Below are positions 43,680 to 56,100 of a DNA stretch of 61,940 nt, one piece after another. Below the pieces are notes generated by a model. That model saw only the letters and a list, made by a program, of their open reading frames with translations. It ran no database searches and was not told where the DNA came from. Every line of letters begins with the position of its first letter. The stretch's first letter is position 1. The stretch lies in the IMG/VR virus record IMGVR_UViG_3300027645_000001, positions 1 to 61,940 of that record, one strand, 5' to 3'. A program made the translations under genes and the position numbers. The stretch is from a virus.

Positions 43680-44161
43680 TCCGTCACGCACTACTGCAAG
43701 ACGTGCCGGCGATCGAGAAGCTGCTGCTGCGCGCGAAGCGGCGCACTGAGCTTTGCACTGTGAAGGTGAACTTCGAGAAGGGACGCAAAAACATCCGCCG
43801 CTGCATTCAAAGCGCGCTTGGCTTTGCGATGGTGGCCGAGCGCGGGGAGAAGATCACCGGGACACTGCTCGCGATGCAGTGCGAGTATTGGTACTCAAAC
43901 GAGCGCTACGTCACCGATATGGGATTCGTCAGCTACGCGCGCGGGGATGGTCGGCTGCTGCTGCGGCGCTGCCGCTCTTGGGCGGACGCGCATGGTGCGA
44001 AGATGCTGATGGGCACGTTCTCGCTCGATCCAAGGGGCGCGATGCGGCGCGTGTACGAGGGCGAGGGGCTCTATATGGCTGGGCACACGTTCGTGAGTGA
44101 GAAGCCAATCAACGTTCCGAACATAAGGATGGTGCCATGTCACATTTCTTCAACCAGGTAG
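43676..44161 (+). CDS. GNAT-family N-acetyltransferase
   Basis: ATGA overlap. MIRHALLQDVPAIEKLL start and an acetyl-CoA-loop-like YARGDGRLLLRRCRSWADAHGAKML segment. Confidence 0.55.
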   Translation: MIRHALLQDVPAIEKLLLRAKRRTELCTVKVNFEKGRKNIRRCIQSALGFAMVAERGEKITGTLLAMQCEYWYSNERYVTDMGFVSYARGDGRLLLRRCRSWADAHGAKMLMGTFSLDPRGAMRRVYEGEGLYMAGHTFVSEKPINVPNIRMVPCHISSTR

Positions 44162-45078
44162 GAAAAGTTTTCAGTGCAGTGTGGGATTTTATCCGACCAG
44201 TTGTTGAGGTCGTGGCCATCGCGGCTGCGGTTTATTTCACTGCAGGCCTTGCGCTCTCGTACTTTCCGGCCACGGCGGGATTTGCCGCAGCTATGCCGGG
44301 CTTTGCGAGCACCACGGGTGTGGCAGGGGAAGGCGTCTTTAGCTCGCTTGCCAGTTCGATTGGTATGGGCGGCGGCATCCAGGCAGGCGCTGCCGCAGAT
44401 GCGTCCCTAGCCGCTGATGCGGGCTTTGCCACGGCCGCGACGAATGCCAGCGCGGGAATTACCGCCGCTACAGCCTCACCGGCGGCTGACACTGCTGTCG
44501 GTGCGAGCGTTGCGCCCGGTGGCGTTGCAGTGGCTCCGGCGAGTGTCGGTGGTGGCATAGGGACGGCGGCTGCCGCTCCGGCGGCCGTCGACACCGCAGC
44601 CTCCGTTGCCGGCTCGAGTGCATCGGCCGCGGCTGTATCAGGTGCGCTCACCAATAAGCTGCTGCTGGCATCGGTCGGCACGCAGCTGATCTCGGGGCTC
44701 ACCGCCCCTTCGCCGACCGATATCGCCGCGGCCAAGGCCGGCTTCTATGGCTCCTTCTATGGTAAGGATGCGAGCGGCGCCGGCGCACCCACGCCCAATC
44801 TGTCGGTCGGGCCGCAGGCCGAGCTAATATCGCCGCTCGCCTCTGGCGCCCAACCCATTCCTGGCGTCAACGTGCCCAGCGTGCAGAACGCCGCGCCCGC
44901 GCCCGGGCTAGCAGGCTTTCAGGGTGTGCAGCAGGCGCAGTTGATCCCAGCGGTGCCGAGTGGCGCGATGCCCGCGCCTGGCGCTGCGCAGGGTAATCAG
45001 CTCACGGCAGCGGTGCCGTTGGCCAAGCCGCAGCTCATTCCATCAGGGGCGCCTAAGCCGGCGCCTGCGGCCGTATGA
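44137..45078 (+). CDS. Ala/Gly-rich internal-virion-like protein with an N-terminal TM helix, 313 aa
   Basis: AAGGA RBS; TM segment VVEVVAIAAAVYFTAGLALSYF; two QLIP motifs near the C-terminus. Confidence 0.65.
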   Translation: MSHFFNQVGKVFSAVWDFIRPVVEVVAIAAAVYFTAGLALSYFPATAGFAAAMPGFASTTGVAGEGVFSSLASSIGMGGGIQAGAAADASLAADAGFATAATNASAGITAATASPAADTAVGASVAPGGVAVAPASVGGGIGTAAAAPAAVDTAASVAGSSASAAAVSGALTNKLLLASVGTQLISGLTAPSPTDIAAAKAGFYGSFYGKDASGAGAPTPNLSVGPQAELISPLASGAQPIPGVNVPSVQNAAPAPGLAGFQGVQQAQLIPAVPSGAMPAPGAAQGNQLTAAVPLAKPQLIPSGAPKPAPAAV

Positions 45079-46010
45079 TTCCAGTCGCCACCATCCCGCC
45101 GGATCCGGGGCCGCAGACGCCTTCAGCCCCTGGCGTGTCACCGCCCCCGCCTGCGCCCGCCTCACAGCCGCCGCCTGGTTCACCGGGCGCGCAGGCAGGC
45201 CCCGGGCCCCCGCCTCAGAGCCCCGTGGGTCCACCAGGCGCCACGCCCCCATCTCCCGGCGGCGGAGCACCACCTGGTGGCCCCGCGGGTGCTCCGGAGA
45301 CCATGGATCAGGGTGATCCGCGTCCGCGTCTCATTCCCGGTTCAGATGCCACCAGCGGCAACGTGCCGGCGAGCCCGCAGGAGCAGAACGATCTGCGCCA
45401 GACGCTCATCAAGGCCGGCCAGATGATCCACAAGCCTAGCAGCCGCGATGCCGTGCTCAACAGCCTGCATCAGCCGGATATGACCGTGGCACAGGCCGTG
45501 GGGAAAACTGCAGCGCAAATTCTTATGACGGTCGACGGCCAGAAGCAGGCCGTCACGCAAACCGCGCTTTCGCACGACGTGCTCTACCAGGCGGCGCGCT
45601 ACGTGATCCCCGAGCTCATGGATATCGGCATCAGCGCCGGCATCTTCCCGATCAGGCCACCCCCAGGTGGCACGGCGAGCCAAGGCAAGGGCGGCAACGG
45701 CCAGGATCAGGGCCCAGGCGTTGGCAACGATCCGTACAACAAATCGATTCGCATGGCGATGTTGGAAGCCACGAAGGTATATGGCGAGGCACAGCTCAAA
45801 TCCCCAGGCGCGGCGCAGATGACCGAACAGGCGCAGAACGATTGGGCCAATCAGGTGCGCCAGGAGGTGCAGTCTGGCAAGGCCGATCCGCGTTACATGG
45901 CGATGGCAAGACCCGGAGGCGGCGGTGCAGGCCCGCAGGGCGCACCAGCGCCTGGCGGTCCTCCGCAGATCATTCCTAGCGGCCGGGCTGCTCAAGGGGC
46001 GCCTTCATGA
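45075..46010 (+). CDS. Pro/Gly-rich internal-virion-like protein, 311 aa
   Basis: ATGA overlap. RLIPG after the Pro-rich N-region and QIIPSG near the C-terminus. Confidence 0.65.
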   Translation: MIPVATIPPDPGPQTPSAPGVSPPPPAPASQPPPGSPGAQAGPGPPPQSPVGPPGATPPSPGGGAPPGGPAGAPETMDQGDPRPRLIPGSDATSGNVPASPQEQNDLRQTLIKAGQMIHKPSSRDAVLNSLHQPDMTVAQAVGKTAAQILMTVDGQKQAVTQTALSHDVLYQAARYVIPELMDIGISAGIFPIRPPPGGTASQGKGGNGQDQGPGVGNDPYNKSIRMAMLEATKVYGEAQLKSPGAAQMTEQAQNDWANQVRQEVQSGKADPRYMAMARPGGGGAGPQGAPAPGGPPQIIPSGRAAQGAPS

Positions 46011-47104
46011 GGACCAACAGCGGCCTGAACTGGTCAAATATCTCCGCTGGCTTCGCTGGCGCAAGTCAGGGCTTATCGCAGGCCGCCGACATCAAGGCGC
46101 GCGAGCAGCTTGAGGAACTCCGAGACCAGCGCGCAGCGAACCTTGCGCGCATGACCTTCGGCTGGAAGGCGCAGCACGACGTGAACATGCTCGAGCGTAC
46201 GGAGGCCGGCGCCAACATTCGCGCCCAGGCCTCGGAGACCGGCGCAAACATTCGTTCTGCCGCTCAAATCGCCGGCCAGAAGGAGACCACCGCGCGCGAA
46301 TACCAGATGCAGCTCAAAGGCCAGGAAAACTACCTGACCAGAATGAATCAGATGAACGAGTACAACCGCGCGCGCGATGAATCCAAGCAGAGCGCTGAAA
46401 ATGAGCTGAGACAGCAGGGGCTACGCGCCGCGAATCGGCAGGAAATGCAGCGCATGACCCTGCAGTATGAACAGGAGATTCGCAAGATCGACCAGGCCAT
46501 CAGTGTGTCCGCCAAAGAACACGAATTTGAATTGCCCGATCCCAAAGATCCGAGCTATGACGCGGTCGCGGCAAGGCATCCGGAACTCGGCAAATTGCTA
46601 GAGCAGCGCGCCGAACTCGGACAGCAGAAAACCATCGCCCTGTATAACTACACGATGGCGGGCGCCCAGCTTGGGGATAAGGATTTCATGGGGGCAAATC
46701 AGCCGTTGCCCCCGGCAGCGCCTTCAGGCGCAGCGCCCTCGCTGATACCCAGCGGCGGCGGTACTGCTACGCCAAACAATCCGCTCGAGCCTTCCGCCCA
46801 GCTGCCACGCTATCCTGGGATGAATCCAGCCGACAACGTGCCTGCGACTGCCGCACCTCCCCCTAGCGGCCCCACTGCCGGCTCCGCTGCCGGCAGATCG
46901 GCGCCTACCTTCGCGCCACCGCGAGCGCCCATAACGAGCATGGTGGGCCCGCTCATGAGCCCGCCGCAAATCATCCCGGGGCGAGCCTTGCAAAGCCAAG
47001 CCCCGATGCCTGGCGTCAACATGCCAGCAGGGGCCGGTGCGTTTCCCGGTATCGGCAATCCTATGGGCGCGCCGCCCTCGCTGATCCCGCAACAGGGATA
47101 CTAG
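46007..47104 (+). CDS. Coiled-coil internal-virion-like protein, 365 aa
   Basis: ATGA overlap. SLIPSG, QIIPG and a terminal SLIPQQGY. Confidence 0.65.
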   Translation: MRTNSGLNWSNISAGFAGASQGLSQAADIKAREQLEELRDQRAANLARMTFGWKAQHDVNMLERTEAGANIRAQASETGANIRSAAQIAGQKETTAREYQMQLKGQENYLTRMNQMNEYNRARDESKQSAENELRQQGLRAANRQEMQRMTLQYEQEIRKIDQAISVSAKEHEFELPDPKDPSYDAVAARHPELGKLLEQRAELGQQKTIALYNYTMAGAQLGDKDFMGANQPLPPAAPSGAAPSLIPSGGGTATPNNPLEPSAQLPRYPGMNPADNVPATAAPPPSGPTAGSAAGRSAPTFAPPRAPITSMVGPLMSPPQIIPGRALQSQAPMPGVNMPAGAGAFPGIGNPMGAPPSLIPQQGY

Positions 47105-47108
47105 GTCC

Positions 47109-50100
47109 GTGGCCGATTTTCCGGACTCGGCGCCGGATTGGATCAAGCAGCTTCAGACAGCTCCTGGTCCCACCGCTGACACGCTGCAAGTTCAAAGTCC
47201 AGCCAATGGGCTGTGGTACACGCTGCCGCGGATACCGGACGACTTCAAGGCGCCCCCCATGCCGCCGCCACCGCCCCCGCCAGGGCCTGGGCTTTTCGAG
47301 CGCGCATGGGATACCGCCAAGGCGATCCCTGGCGAGGCGATGGCCCAGATCAGCCCCTCTGAGGCCTATCACGAGAACGTCGCAGCCGATGCAGCGCGTT
47401 GGACGCAGGCGCATCCCGACAGCCTGTTAACTGAGGTCGCGCGGCATAGCCTAGGACTGATCCCGGGAGCAGCGCCCCTGGTCAGCTCGATGGTCAACCG
47501 GGATTCTGCGATCTGGCCTGAGTCGCCTGAGCAGCAGGCCGACATCGCCGCACGTGCGGCGGCGCCGGCGCCGGGCTTTCTTGAGGGCCTGAAGAACGCG
47601 GCCACGCTATTTCAGGAGCACCCGGGCGCACTCGTCGGCCAGCTCATTCAGCAGACGGCCGAGAATCCGCAGTACCTGATCGGCGGGGATCTCGGCTTGA
47701 CCGCGGCAGCAGCGCGCATCGCCAAGAGCGCGGGAGCCGCGGACGCTGCGGCCAAGACGGCAGGAGCTCTGGGACGTGTCGCAGGCCAGTCGGGCAGCTT
47801 TGCCGCGCTCACTGCCGGCACCGAAGCGGTCCACGAAGCGGGCGCAGGCGCGCTTGATCCGGAGAAGATCAAGGAAGCTGGCGAGCAGGGCGCGGTCATT
47901 GGTCCTGCGGTCGATAGCATCCTGCGTCTGGCGAGCGGGCGGCCGGTGATGCGTGTCACCCTCGATGAGCTTAAAAAGGGCCTGGATCGCGGCCCGCAGC
48001 CCGCCGCCGGCGAGCCATTGCTCGAAGGGCCACCAGGCAGCACCGGAGGCGGTGGCGGCGCAGCGGGCGCCCCAGCGGCTCCCAGCGCCCCTACCGGCAC
48101 GCTCTCTCAGCTCGCCACGCGAGCGCGCGAAGCAGGAGTCGCCCCGGAGGACATACACCCAATCATGGCCGATCGGTTGCGGCGCAATATCTCGGATGAC
48201 GAGGCACGCACACAGGTTCAGCACCTCATCGATGCGGCGACCGTCGCGCCGGCAAGGACGGCGGCGAAGGCACCAGAGCGCAAGAAGGAGGAGACGCCAA
48301 AAGAGGAAGTGACAGAGCCCGCGACCGCGAGTAAAGTCGCTGAGTCTCCCACGCAGCCCTCGTCCGAGGCGAAGGCCGAAGAACAGACCGCCAGGGCAGA
48401 AGGCCCAGCGGCTGGCGAGCAAGCTGGCGCCCCGGCCCCTGCTGCAGCGGCCGGCGGCGCGGAGCAATCACCAAAACCAAATGAGGCGCAGACGCCTCAG
48501 ACTGGCGACGTATGGCGCGTCGGGTTTGCTGGCGATGAGGGACGCAAGGAGCCCTACGAACTGACGGTCGGCGGTGGTCGGATGCTCGCGCGGCAGGAAG
48601 GCGCCGGTGACGACGTGCCGTTTGTTGATGTGACACCGAGGGCCGGCGAGTCGCTGCAGGATGCGCTGGTCAGGAAACTAGCGCCCCCGCATGGCGCAGA
48701 ACAGCAGATCGAGGCGGTGCAGCGACCTGCGGCTCCGACGCCCGACGAGCACGGGATCGTCAAGACGAAAGTTGCCGGCCAGCCGGTTGAGATCGCCCAT
48801 GCGCCGACTCCCCTGCAAGAACAGGCTGGAAACTTCAAGCAGGGACACATAACGATACCGTTAGATGGCGGCATCCCGGTCACTGTGCAGAAGGCCGCAG
48901 GCATGCAGCGCAGCGGCGTCGATCAGGACGGCAAGACCTGGACGTCCACCCTGAAGCACGACTATGGGTACGCGAAAAGGACGATTGGCGCCGACAAGGA
49001 ACCGATCGACGTTTTCGTAGGGCCAAACCCAGAGTCGAAGCGTGCCTACGTTGTCGACCAGAACAGCGTCAAAACCGGCGATTTTGACGAGCACAAATTA
49101 ATGCTCGGATTCAATTCGCGCGAAGCTGCCAGCGATGCCTACCTGTCTAACTATCCCAAGGGCTGGACCGGCCGCGGCCATGTCACGCCCATGTCAATCG
49201 AACAGGCAAAGGACTGGCTCGATAATGGCGATACGAAGGCGCCGGCGCACGGCCAACAGTTGCTGCCGGCGGCTCCCGCGGCTATAGTCGCACCATCACA
49301 ACCTGAGAAACCAGCGATAGGCCCACCGGAGACAGCTCCGGCAGCGGGCGCGGTAACTGAAACACCCCCGCAGCAAACAGCGGAAGCTGCGGGGGCAATC
49401 CCAGAAGAACCATCCACGCTTCGCGGCCAACTCGCGGCCAAACCCGCCGAGGCACCGGCGCCTGAAGCCGTCGCGCATCCGCCAGCCCAGTTGCCGCATG
49501 TCGAGGGTGGCCTGTCTGAGCCAGAGCGCAAGGTTGTCGCCGATCTGGGCGCAAAGCTGTCCGTCGGTGCTCTGACCGCCAAGGATGCCCGCGGCGTCTA
49601 CGAGCAACATGTGGGCGAGAAAGCCATCGGCGCCCACGCCAAGCGAGCCGAGGAGCTCACCGAGCTCGCCGTGGTGCATTCAGCGCGCGACGTCGTCACC
49701 AGTGCCCCGGTCCCGCATGAGGCGTTCGATAAGCTCGTCGATCTGTACGGCCGTCAGCCCACTTTCGGTACCCGCACGTCCACGAGCGTCGAACAGCAGG
49801 CGTATTCGACGCCAGCTCCGCTCGCTTATGTCGCAAGCCATCTCGCAGGCATCACTCCATCGACGACGGTACTCGAGCCGACAGCGGGCAATGGGATGCT
49901 GCTCATGGCTGCCAGCCCAAAGAATGCGACCGTCAATGAGCTGAATCCATCGCGGGCGGCGGCGCTTCGCGAACAGGGCTTTAACGTCACGACCAAGGAT
50001 GCGGTGCGTGCGGACTTTGGGCCGCCAGTCCAGGCGGTGATCGCGAACCCTCCGTTTGGCGTGGTTCGAGACGAGTCGGGTGCGTCGCGCAACTTTAGCG

Positions 50101-53100
50101 TTGAGATGCCAGCTGGCAAAGCTTTCGAGACGCACGAGATCGACCACGCTATTGCCCTCCACGCTCTGGACTCGATGATGGACGACGGTCGCGCCGTGCT
50201 CATCATCGGCGGCATCAATAAGCTCGCGCGCACCGAGGAAGCCCGATCGGATGCCTACAACGGCGCCGCGAAGCGCAAATTCTTCTACGCCCTGCATCAG
50301 AACTATAACGTCGCCGATCACTTTACAGTGGCGGGCGAGCTCTACGCCAAGCAAGGGGCGGCTTGGCCCGTAGACGTTGTCGTGATCGCAGGGCGCGGCA
50401 AGAGTGCCAAGGTGCTGCCAGCCGTGGAAGTGCCGCGGGTGTATAATTCGTGGGCGGATTTAAAGCCGCTGTTGGATCAAACCTATGAGCAGCCTCATCG
50501 CATGGAGCCCAGTGTCGGAGAGCAACGGCCCTCTGATATTCAGCGTGCAGCTCCACCCGCAGCAGAAGCTGGACACACTGCTGTACCTGGGCCTGTTATC
50601 CGACCGAGTGCAGGGGATGCTGGACCGGAGCCAGGACCAGAGCGAGGCGTCGAACCAGTTGCAGGACATCCTGGAGTCGGGCGGGGTGTGGCCAGGCCGG
50701 ATGAAACTGCGGGAGGGCTCGGAGGCGAACGACCTGGTGGCGTCGAACCCGAGCCTGCTGCGCCGCCTGCGCCAGTTGGGCCTGCCGCAGAACCTGCAGG
50801 ACTCGAACCTGGTGGAACAGCTCTCGGCAAAGCAGCAGATATTGGCGGACAAGGCGGAGCCGCGCAGCCGCCTGGAGAGCTGGGCGAGCGCCGTGTCCCA
50901 AATGCGTTAATCGAAGGGCCGCAGCAACCCTACGAGCCGGCCAGTAGAGAAGGCGCGATCGGCACGCTGGTGCCGACCAACATGCGCACGGCGATCGGCA
51001 CAGCGCTCGATAAACTGCAGGATAAAGTCGGGCCCGTAGATCGTTACGTCGCCCAGGAGCTTGGCTATTCCCCGGAGGAGATCGGCAGGTACTTCTCAGC
51101 CGAGCAGCTCGATGCGCTGGGCCTTGCGCTCTCGCAGATGAAATCCGGCAAGGGCTTCATCATCGGGGATCAAACAGGCATCGGTAAGGGGCGCGTGGTG
51201 GCCGGCGTGATTCGCTGGGCGCTCAAAAACGGTCAGACGCCGATCTTCGTCACCGAGAAGCCGAATCTCTACGCCGACATGTACCGGGATCTGACCGATA
51301 TTGGGGTGCAGGATATTCGTCCCGTGATGACCAATGGAGCGGAGAAGGTGCCGCTCGATGATGCCGGTAACGTCACGCTGCGAACGCCAAGCTCCGAGCG
51401 CCACAACGCTCTGATGAGCGAGATGGCCGCCAAGGCTGACCTTGGCGAGCACAACATGATCTTCACCACTTATAGCCAGATGCAGACGCTCAAAGGCGCG
51501 ATGACGCCGCGCATGCAGTTCCTGGCCGCTTTCGCGCCCAACGGCGTGACAATCTTCGACGAGTCACACAACGCCGGCGGCACGGACGTGGGGGGACGTG
51601 CGAAGAAGGCCGACCAGGAGCAAGGCAAAACCGGCCGCGCAGGTTTTGCGCGTCACCTGGCCAAGCTAGCCAAGGCCGTGTTCTACAGCTCGGCGACCTA
51701 CGCCAAGCGGCCGAGCGTGATGGACCTGTATTTCAAGACCGACATGGCGATGGCGGTCGACAACGATGTGAAGAAGCTGCCCGCGGCGATCACTGCCGGC
51801 GGCGTGCCCTTGCAGCAAGTCGTGGCTTCCATGCTCTCGGATGCCGGTCAATACATCCGGCGCGAGCGCTCCTTCGCAGGCGTTGAATACAACACGCCCG
51901 TCGTGCCGGTAGATCGTAAGGCGGCCGAAGCAATTTCGGCGGTAATGCTCGCCGTCAAACAGTTCGACGATATCAAGCAGATCGCGCTCAAGGGGATCAA
52001 GAAGGAACTCAAGCGCGAAGCGGGCGCGCTTGCCGCCGATCAAGCGCTAAGTCCTTCGTCTACCAACTTCACCTCGGTCATGCACAACCTGATCGATCAG
52101 ATGCTGCTGGCGCTTAAAGCCGACGCGGCGGCGGATCTTGCCATCGAAGCCATCAAGCGCGGAGAACACCCAGTCGTCACCGTGGCGAACACGATGGGTT
52201 CGTTCCTGGAGAGCTACGCCGAGGAGGCGGGGCTCAAGAACGGGGATGCGATGGCGCTCTCCTTCGGCAATCTGATGGCGAGATATCTTGAGCGCTCGCG
52301 CGACGTCACGACCAAGGCCAACGACGGCACTGTGACGCGGCGCCAAATCCTGGATGAGGAACTCGGGCGCGAAGGCGTGGCCAAGTACGAGGCGGTCAAG
52401 GAGCTCATCAAGCGCACACCGGGCCTTAAGGGCGTGCCGGTCAGCCCGATAGACTGGTTGCACTACCGCCTCAATAAGGCCGGCTACAAGACCTCGGAGA
52501 TCACCGGCCGCACGCACACGCTGCGCTATAGCGACACCGATAAGCACCCGACCTATCAGCTGCGCGGCTCCAAGGAGACCTCGATCGCCGGGCGCCGGCG
52601 CGCGATCATGGGCTTCAACAGCGGCGCGCTCGATGCGCTGATCATCAACCAGGCAGGAGCCACCGGCCTATCGCTGCACGCTTCTGAGAAGTTCAAGGAC
52701 AAGCGCAGACGGCGCATGGTGATCGCCCAGGCCGAGCGCAATATCGACACGCACATGCAAATGCTCGGGCGTGTGCATCGCACCGGCCAAGTGGTGGCGC
52801 CGGCGTACGACCAGCTCGTCGCCGATATCCCTGCCGAAAAGCGCCCCGCCGCAGTGCTCGCAAAGAAAATGGCGAGCCTGAACGCCAACACGACGGGGGC
52901 GCGCTCGAGTCAATTCTCTGCCAAGGACACGTTGGACTTCGACAACCAGTACGGCGATGAAGCGGCGGCCTCAATGATGGAGGACATGCCGGAGATCCAC
53001 GAGATGCTCGGCGAGCCGCTCAAGGACACCGACACGGGATTGGAGCGCGATGGCGCGGCGCGCAAGGTGTCGGGGCGCCTACCGATGCTCGAGGTGACGC

Positions 53101-56100
53101 AGCAGGAGGCGTTCTATGAGCTGTTCGCGCAGAACTTTCAGGAGTTGCTCGATCGCGCCAATGCGCTGGGCGAGAACGCTCTTGAGGCGAAAACGCTCGC
53201 GCTCGATGCAAAGCCTGTGTCAAAGACTGAGCTCTTTCCGGCCAAGGTAGCCACCGACAGTCCCTTCGGCGCCGGCGCCTACGCGAACACGATGGACGTC
53301 AAGCGGCTGGGTAAGCCCTACACCAGCGAGCAGGTGCGTGAGCGGCTAGCGGAAAACGCCGGTTTCGGCAAGGAGGAGGCAACGCGCCACGACATCCATG
53401 CGGCTCTGCGCGAGCAGTGGCGCGAGCGCGTCGAGAAGAACATGGATGACTTTCAGACCTATCTGACGGCCGAACGGGCGAAGATGGCCGATTCGGACAT
53501 GAAGGAGGAAGCGCAGGAGGGCCGTGTTGCGATGCTCACGCAGCAGGCAAGCCAGTGGCACGAGATGGCCAAGGAGCTCGTGCCGGGGAAAATGTATAGC
53601 CTACGCACGCCCGAGGGCACGACGTACTACGCGGTGCTACAGAAGATCGAGCGCAAGAAAGGCGTGAGGATGCCCACAGCGCGTGGCTCATGGCTTGCGC
53701 ACTTTGATGTGGCCGACGGCATGCGTGAGATCACCTTCCCGTTTTCCAAGCTCTCGACCGATCTGGATACCGTCGGCGGCCTGGGCAAGGTGCAGGTCGA
53801 GCGAGCCTCACATCACGACATCACGCGCACAGACATCATGCAGCTGTTCGACGAAGGTCAGACCGTCAGCCGCGAGAAGCGCGTGCTCGTGACGGGCAAC
53901 CTGCTCGCCGGCTTCAGCAAGGTCGGCCGCGGCCAGATTGCCAACTTCACCGATCACGAGGGCAATATCCAGCAGGGCGTGCTCATGCCCCGCAGCTTTG
54001 ACCTTGCAAAGTTCGCTGAAAGCCAGCCCGTGCAGCTCACCAGCGAGCAGGCTGGGCGCTTCCTCGAGGACGTCGGCCAGGGGATCGTGCGCAGCTCGGA
54101 CAACGTCGTGACGATCAGAAACTACGGGCCGAATCTGCTGCTGCAGGTGCCACGCTCGAAAGCGGAAGGCGGTAAGTATTTCCTCGACCAGGGGCTACGC
54201 GACATCGTTGGCGACTTCACCAGCGGCTCGAGCTCGATGCGCGTCACCTTTGATCGGGACCAGCTGCCGGCGGTACTCAGCGAACTATCGAGCCGGTTCG
54301 ATCAGAAGTTCTACACCGACACGTTCAAGGAGGAGGCGCAGAAGGCCGGGGGCTCGGTGCTGGGTCAGGCGAAGAAGCAGGCCACCTCTTATGCGCGTCC
54401 AGCGCCGACGCTGCGCCGCGCGATCGAGGCACGCCGCGCCACGAAGCTCGCCCCGAACGTGGCAGATTACTTGAAGCGCGTTGAGACGGCGCTGCGCGGA
54501 CATGCCCAGGTGCAGGTGCATGCGAACCCGAAGGAATTTGGAGAAGCCATTGATCAGGACGTACCACCGGATGTCGCCGGCGCCTACACCTCGGACGACG
54601 GCACCTTGCACTTCGTCGCCTCTAATCTGCCGGACGTGGCCGCAGCTCAAGCGATTTTCCGTCACGAGGGCTTTGGCCACCTCGCGATGGAGAAGTCACC
54701 GGACTTCGAAAAAGCGCTGGCGATGGTCGGACAACTGCGAAAAATGGGTGGAGCGAAGATCAAGCGACTGTATGACGACGTGGAGCGTCGATATCCCGGA
54801 GCGGACAATACCACCCTGTCAAAGGAGGTAATCGCCACGATGGCCGAGCGTGGCGTCAAGAACGCCATCGTCGATCGAGCTATCACCGGGGCGCTCTCGC
54901 TGCTGCGCAAGATGGGTATTGAGACGCCGCCGGCCGAGGCTGAACTGCGGCAGATGATCGTACAGGCCGCTCGCGGGCTACCGGTCGAAGCCAGGGCGCT
55001 CTCAGGACTCGATCGAGTGGAAGCCTACGCGGCCGAGGCCCACGTACAGGCAGGGCGCGAGGGCGCCGCCATGGACGCGCTGGGCCGCGTGCTGCCCGAA
55101 TCGGATGCGATCGACGCTCTGAGCGCCGCCAAGCGCGCCGGCAATACCCGGGCGATCGAGATCCTCAAGGATCTGCAGGACGATGCTTCGGTCGGGGATA
55201 ACGACAATCCTCCGCTGATCGAGGACGCCTACCATCCGGTGGAGGCTTCCATTCCACGCGAAGTGCTCTTTGCGCGTCACGCGCCGATGGACGCGGAGAC
55301 GAAAGCTGCGCGCGACAAGGTCATGGACCCGGACGGCCGCGATGACATGACGCTGCGCGACCGCCAACGTCTGGGGCTCGCAGCCCTTCGCAAGGTCGAT
55401 GGCACCGCGATCAAGCAATACTGGATCGATGACCTGGCGAGCATCGCGAAGTGGGAGCGCGAGATCAACGGCGGCAAGCTCAAGGCCGGCGAGGAGAGCC
55501 CGCTCAAGGCCGCGCGCAGCGTGCGAAATCTGGCGAGCCAGATGGCAGCGGTGCTCGAGGTAGGCATCCCGGAGCACAAGGACGGGGTGTTTCAGGTGGT
55601 CCCCGGTCGCCTGGGGCTCAAAAAGGTTTTCGAGCCGTTGAGCACCAATCCCGACGGCAGCCTGATCAGGCATTTCGAGCTCTATGCAGCCGCGCGACGT
55701 GCTTTGCGCCTCATCAACGAGCGCAATCGCGACGGCACGCTGCGGGAAAAGAACTTCACGCAGACCGAGATCGATGCGGGTCTGGCGCTCGCCAAGAAAT
55801 ATCCCGAGCTCGAGCGCGTATTCCATGATCTGCAGGAGGTTTGGACGCAGCTACTCGATCTAGGCGAGTCGGCCGGCACGATCGATCCGGAAGCCAGAAG
55901 GATCTACGAGAGGTTCGATTATGTCCCCTTCTATCGCGCGGAGGAGGAGCTCGCCGGCGAGCGTCCGAGCGGCGGCCGATCACGCGGCGGACTAGCGAAC
56001 CAGCGTGAGATGAGCGGCAGGCTTACGGGCAAGGCGGCCCCGCTGCGCAACATCCTCGAGAACGTGATGATGAACATTGCGAACCAGATGGATGCGGCGC

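Noticed and set aside
54663-54680. HEGFGH in the giant protein as a zincin metallopeptidase site
   Set aside because: The spacing is HExxxH, not the canonical HExxH, and I saw no downstream third ligand motif. It is left unannotated pending profile search.
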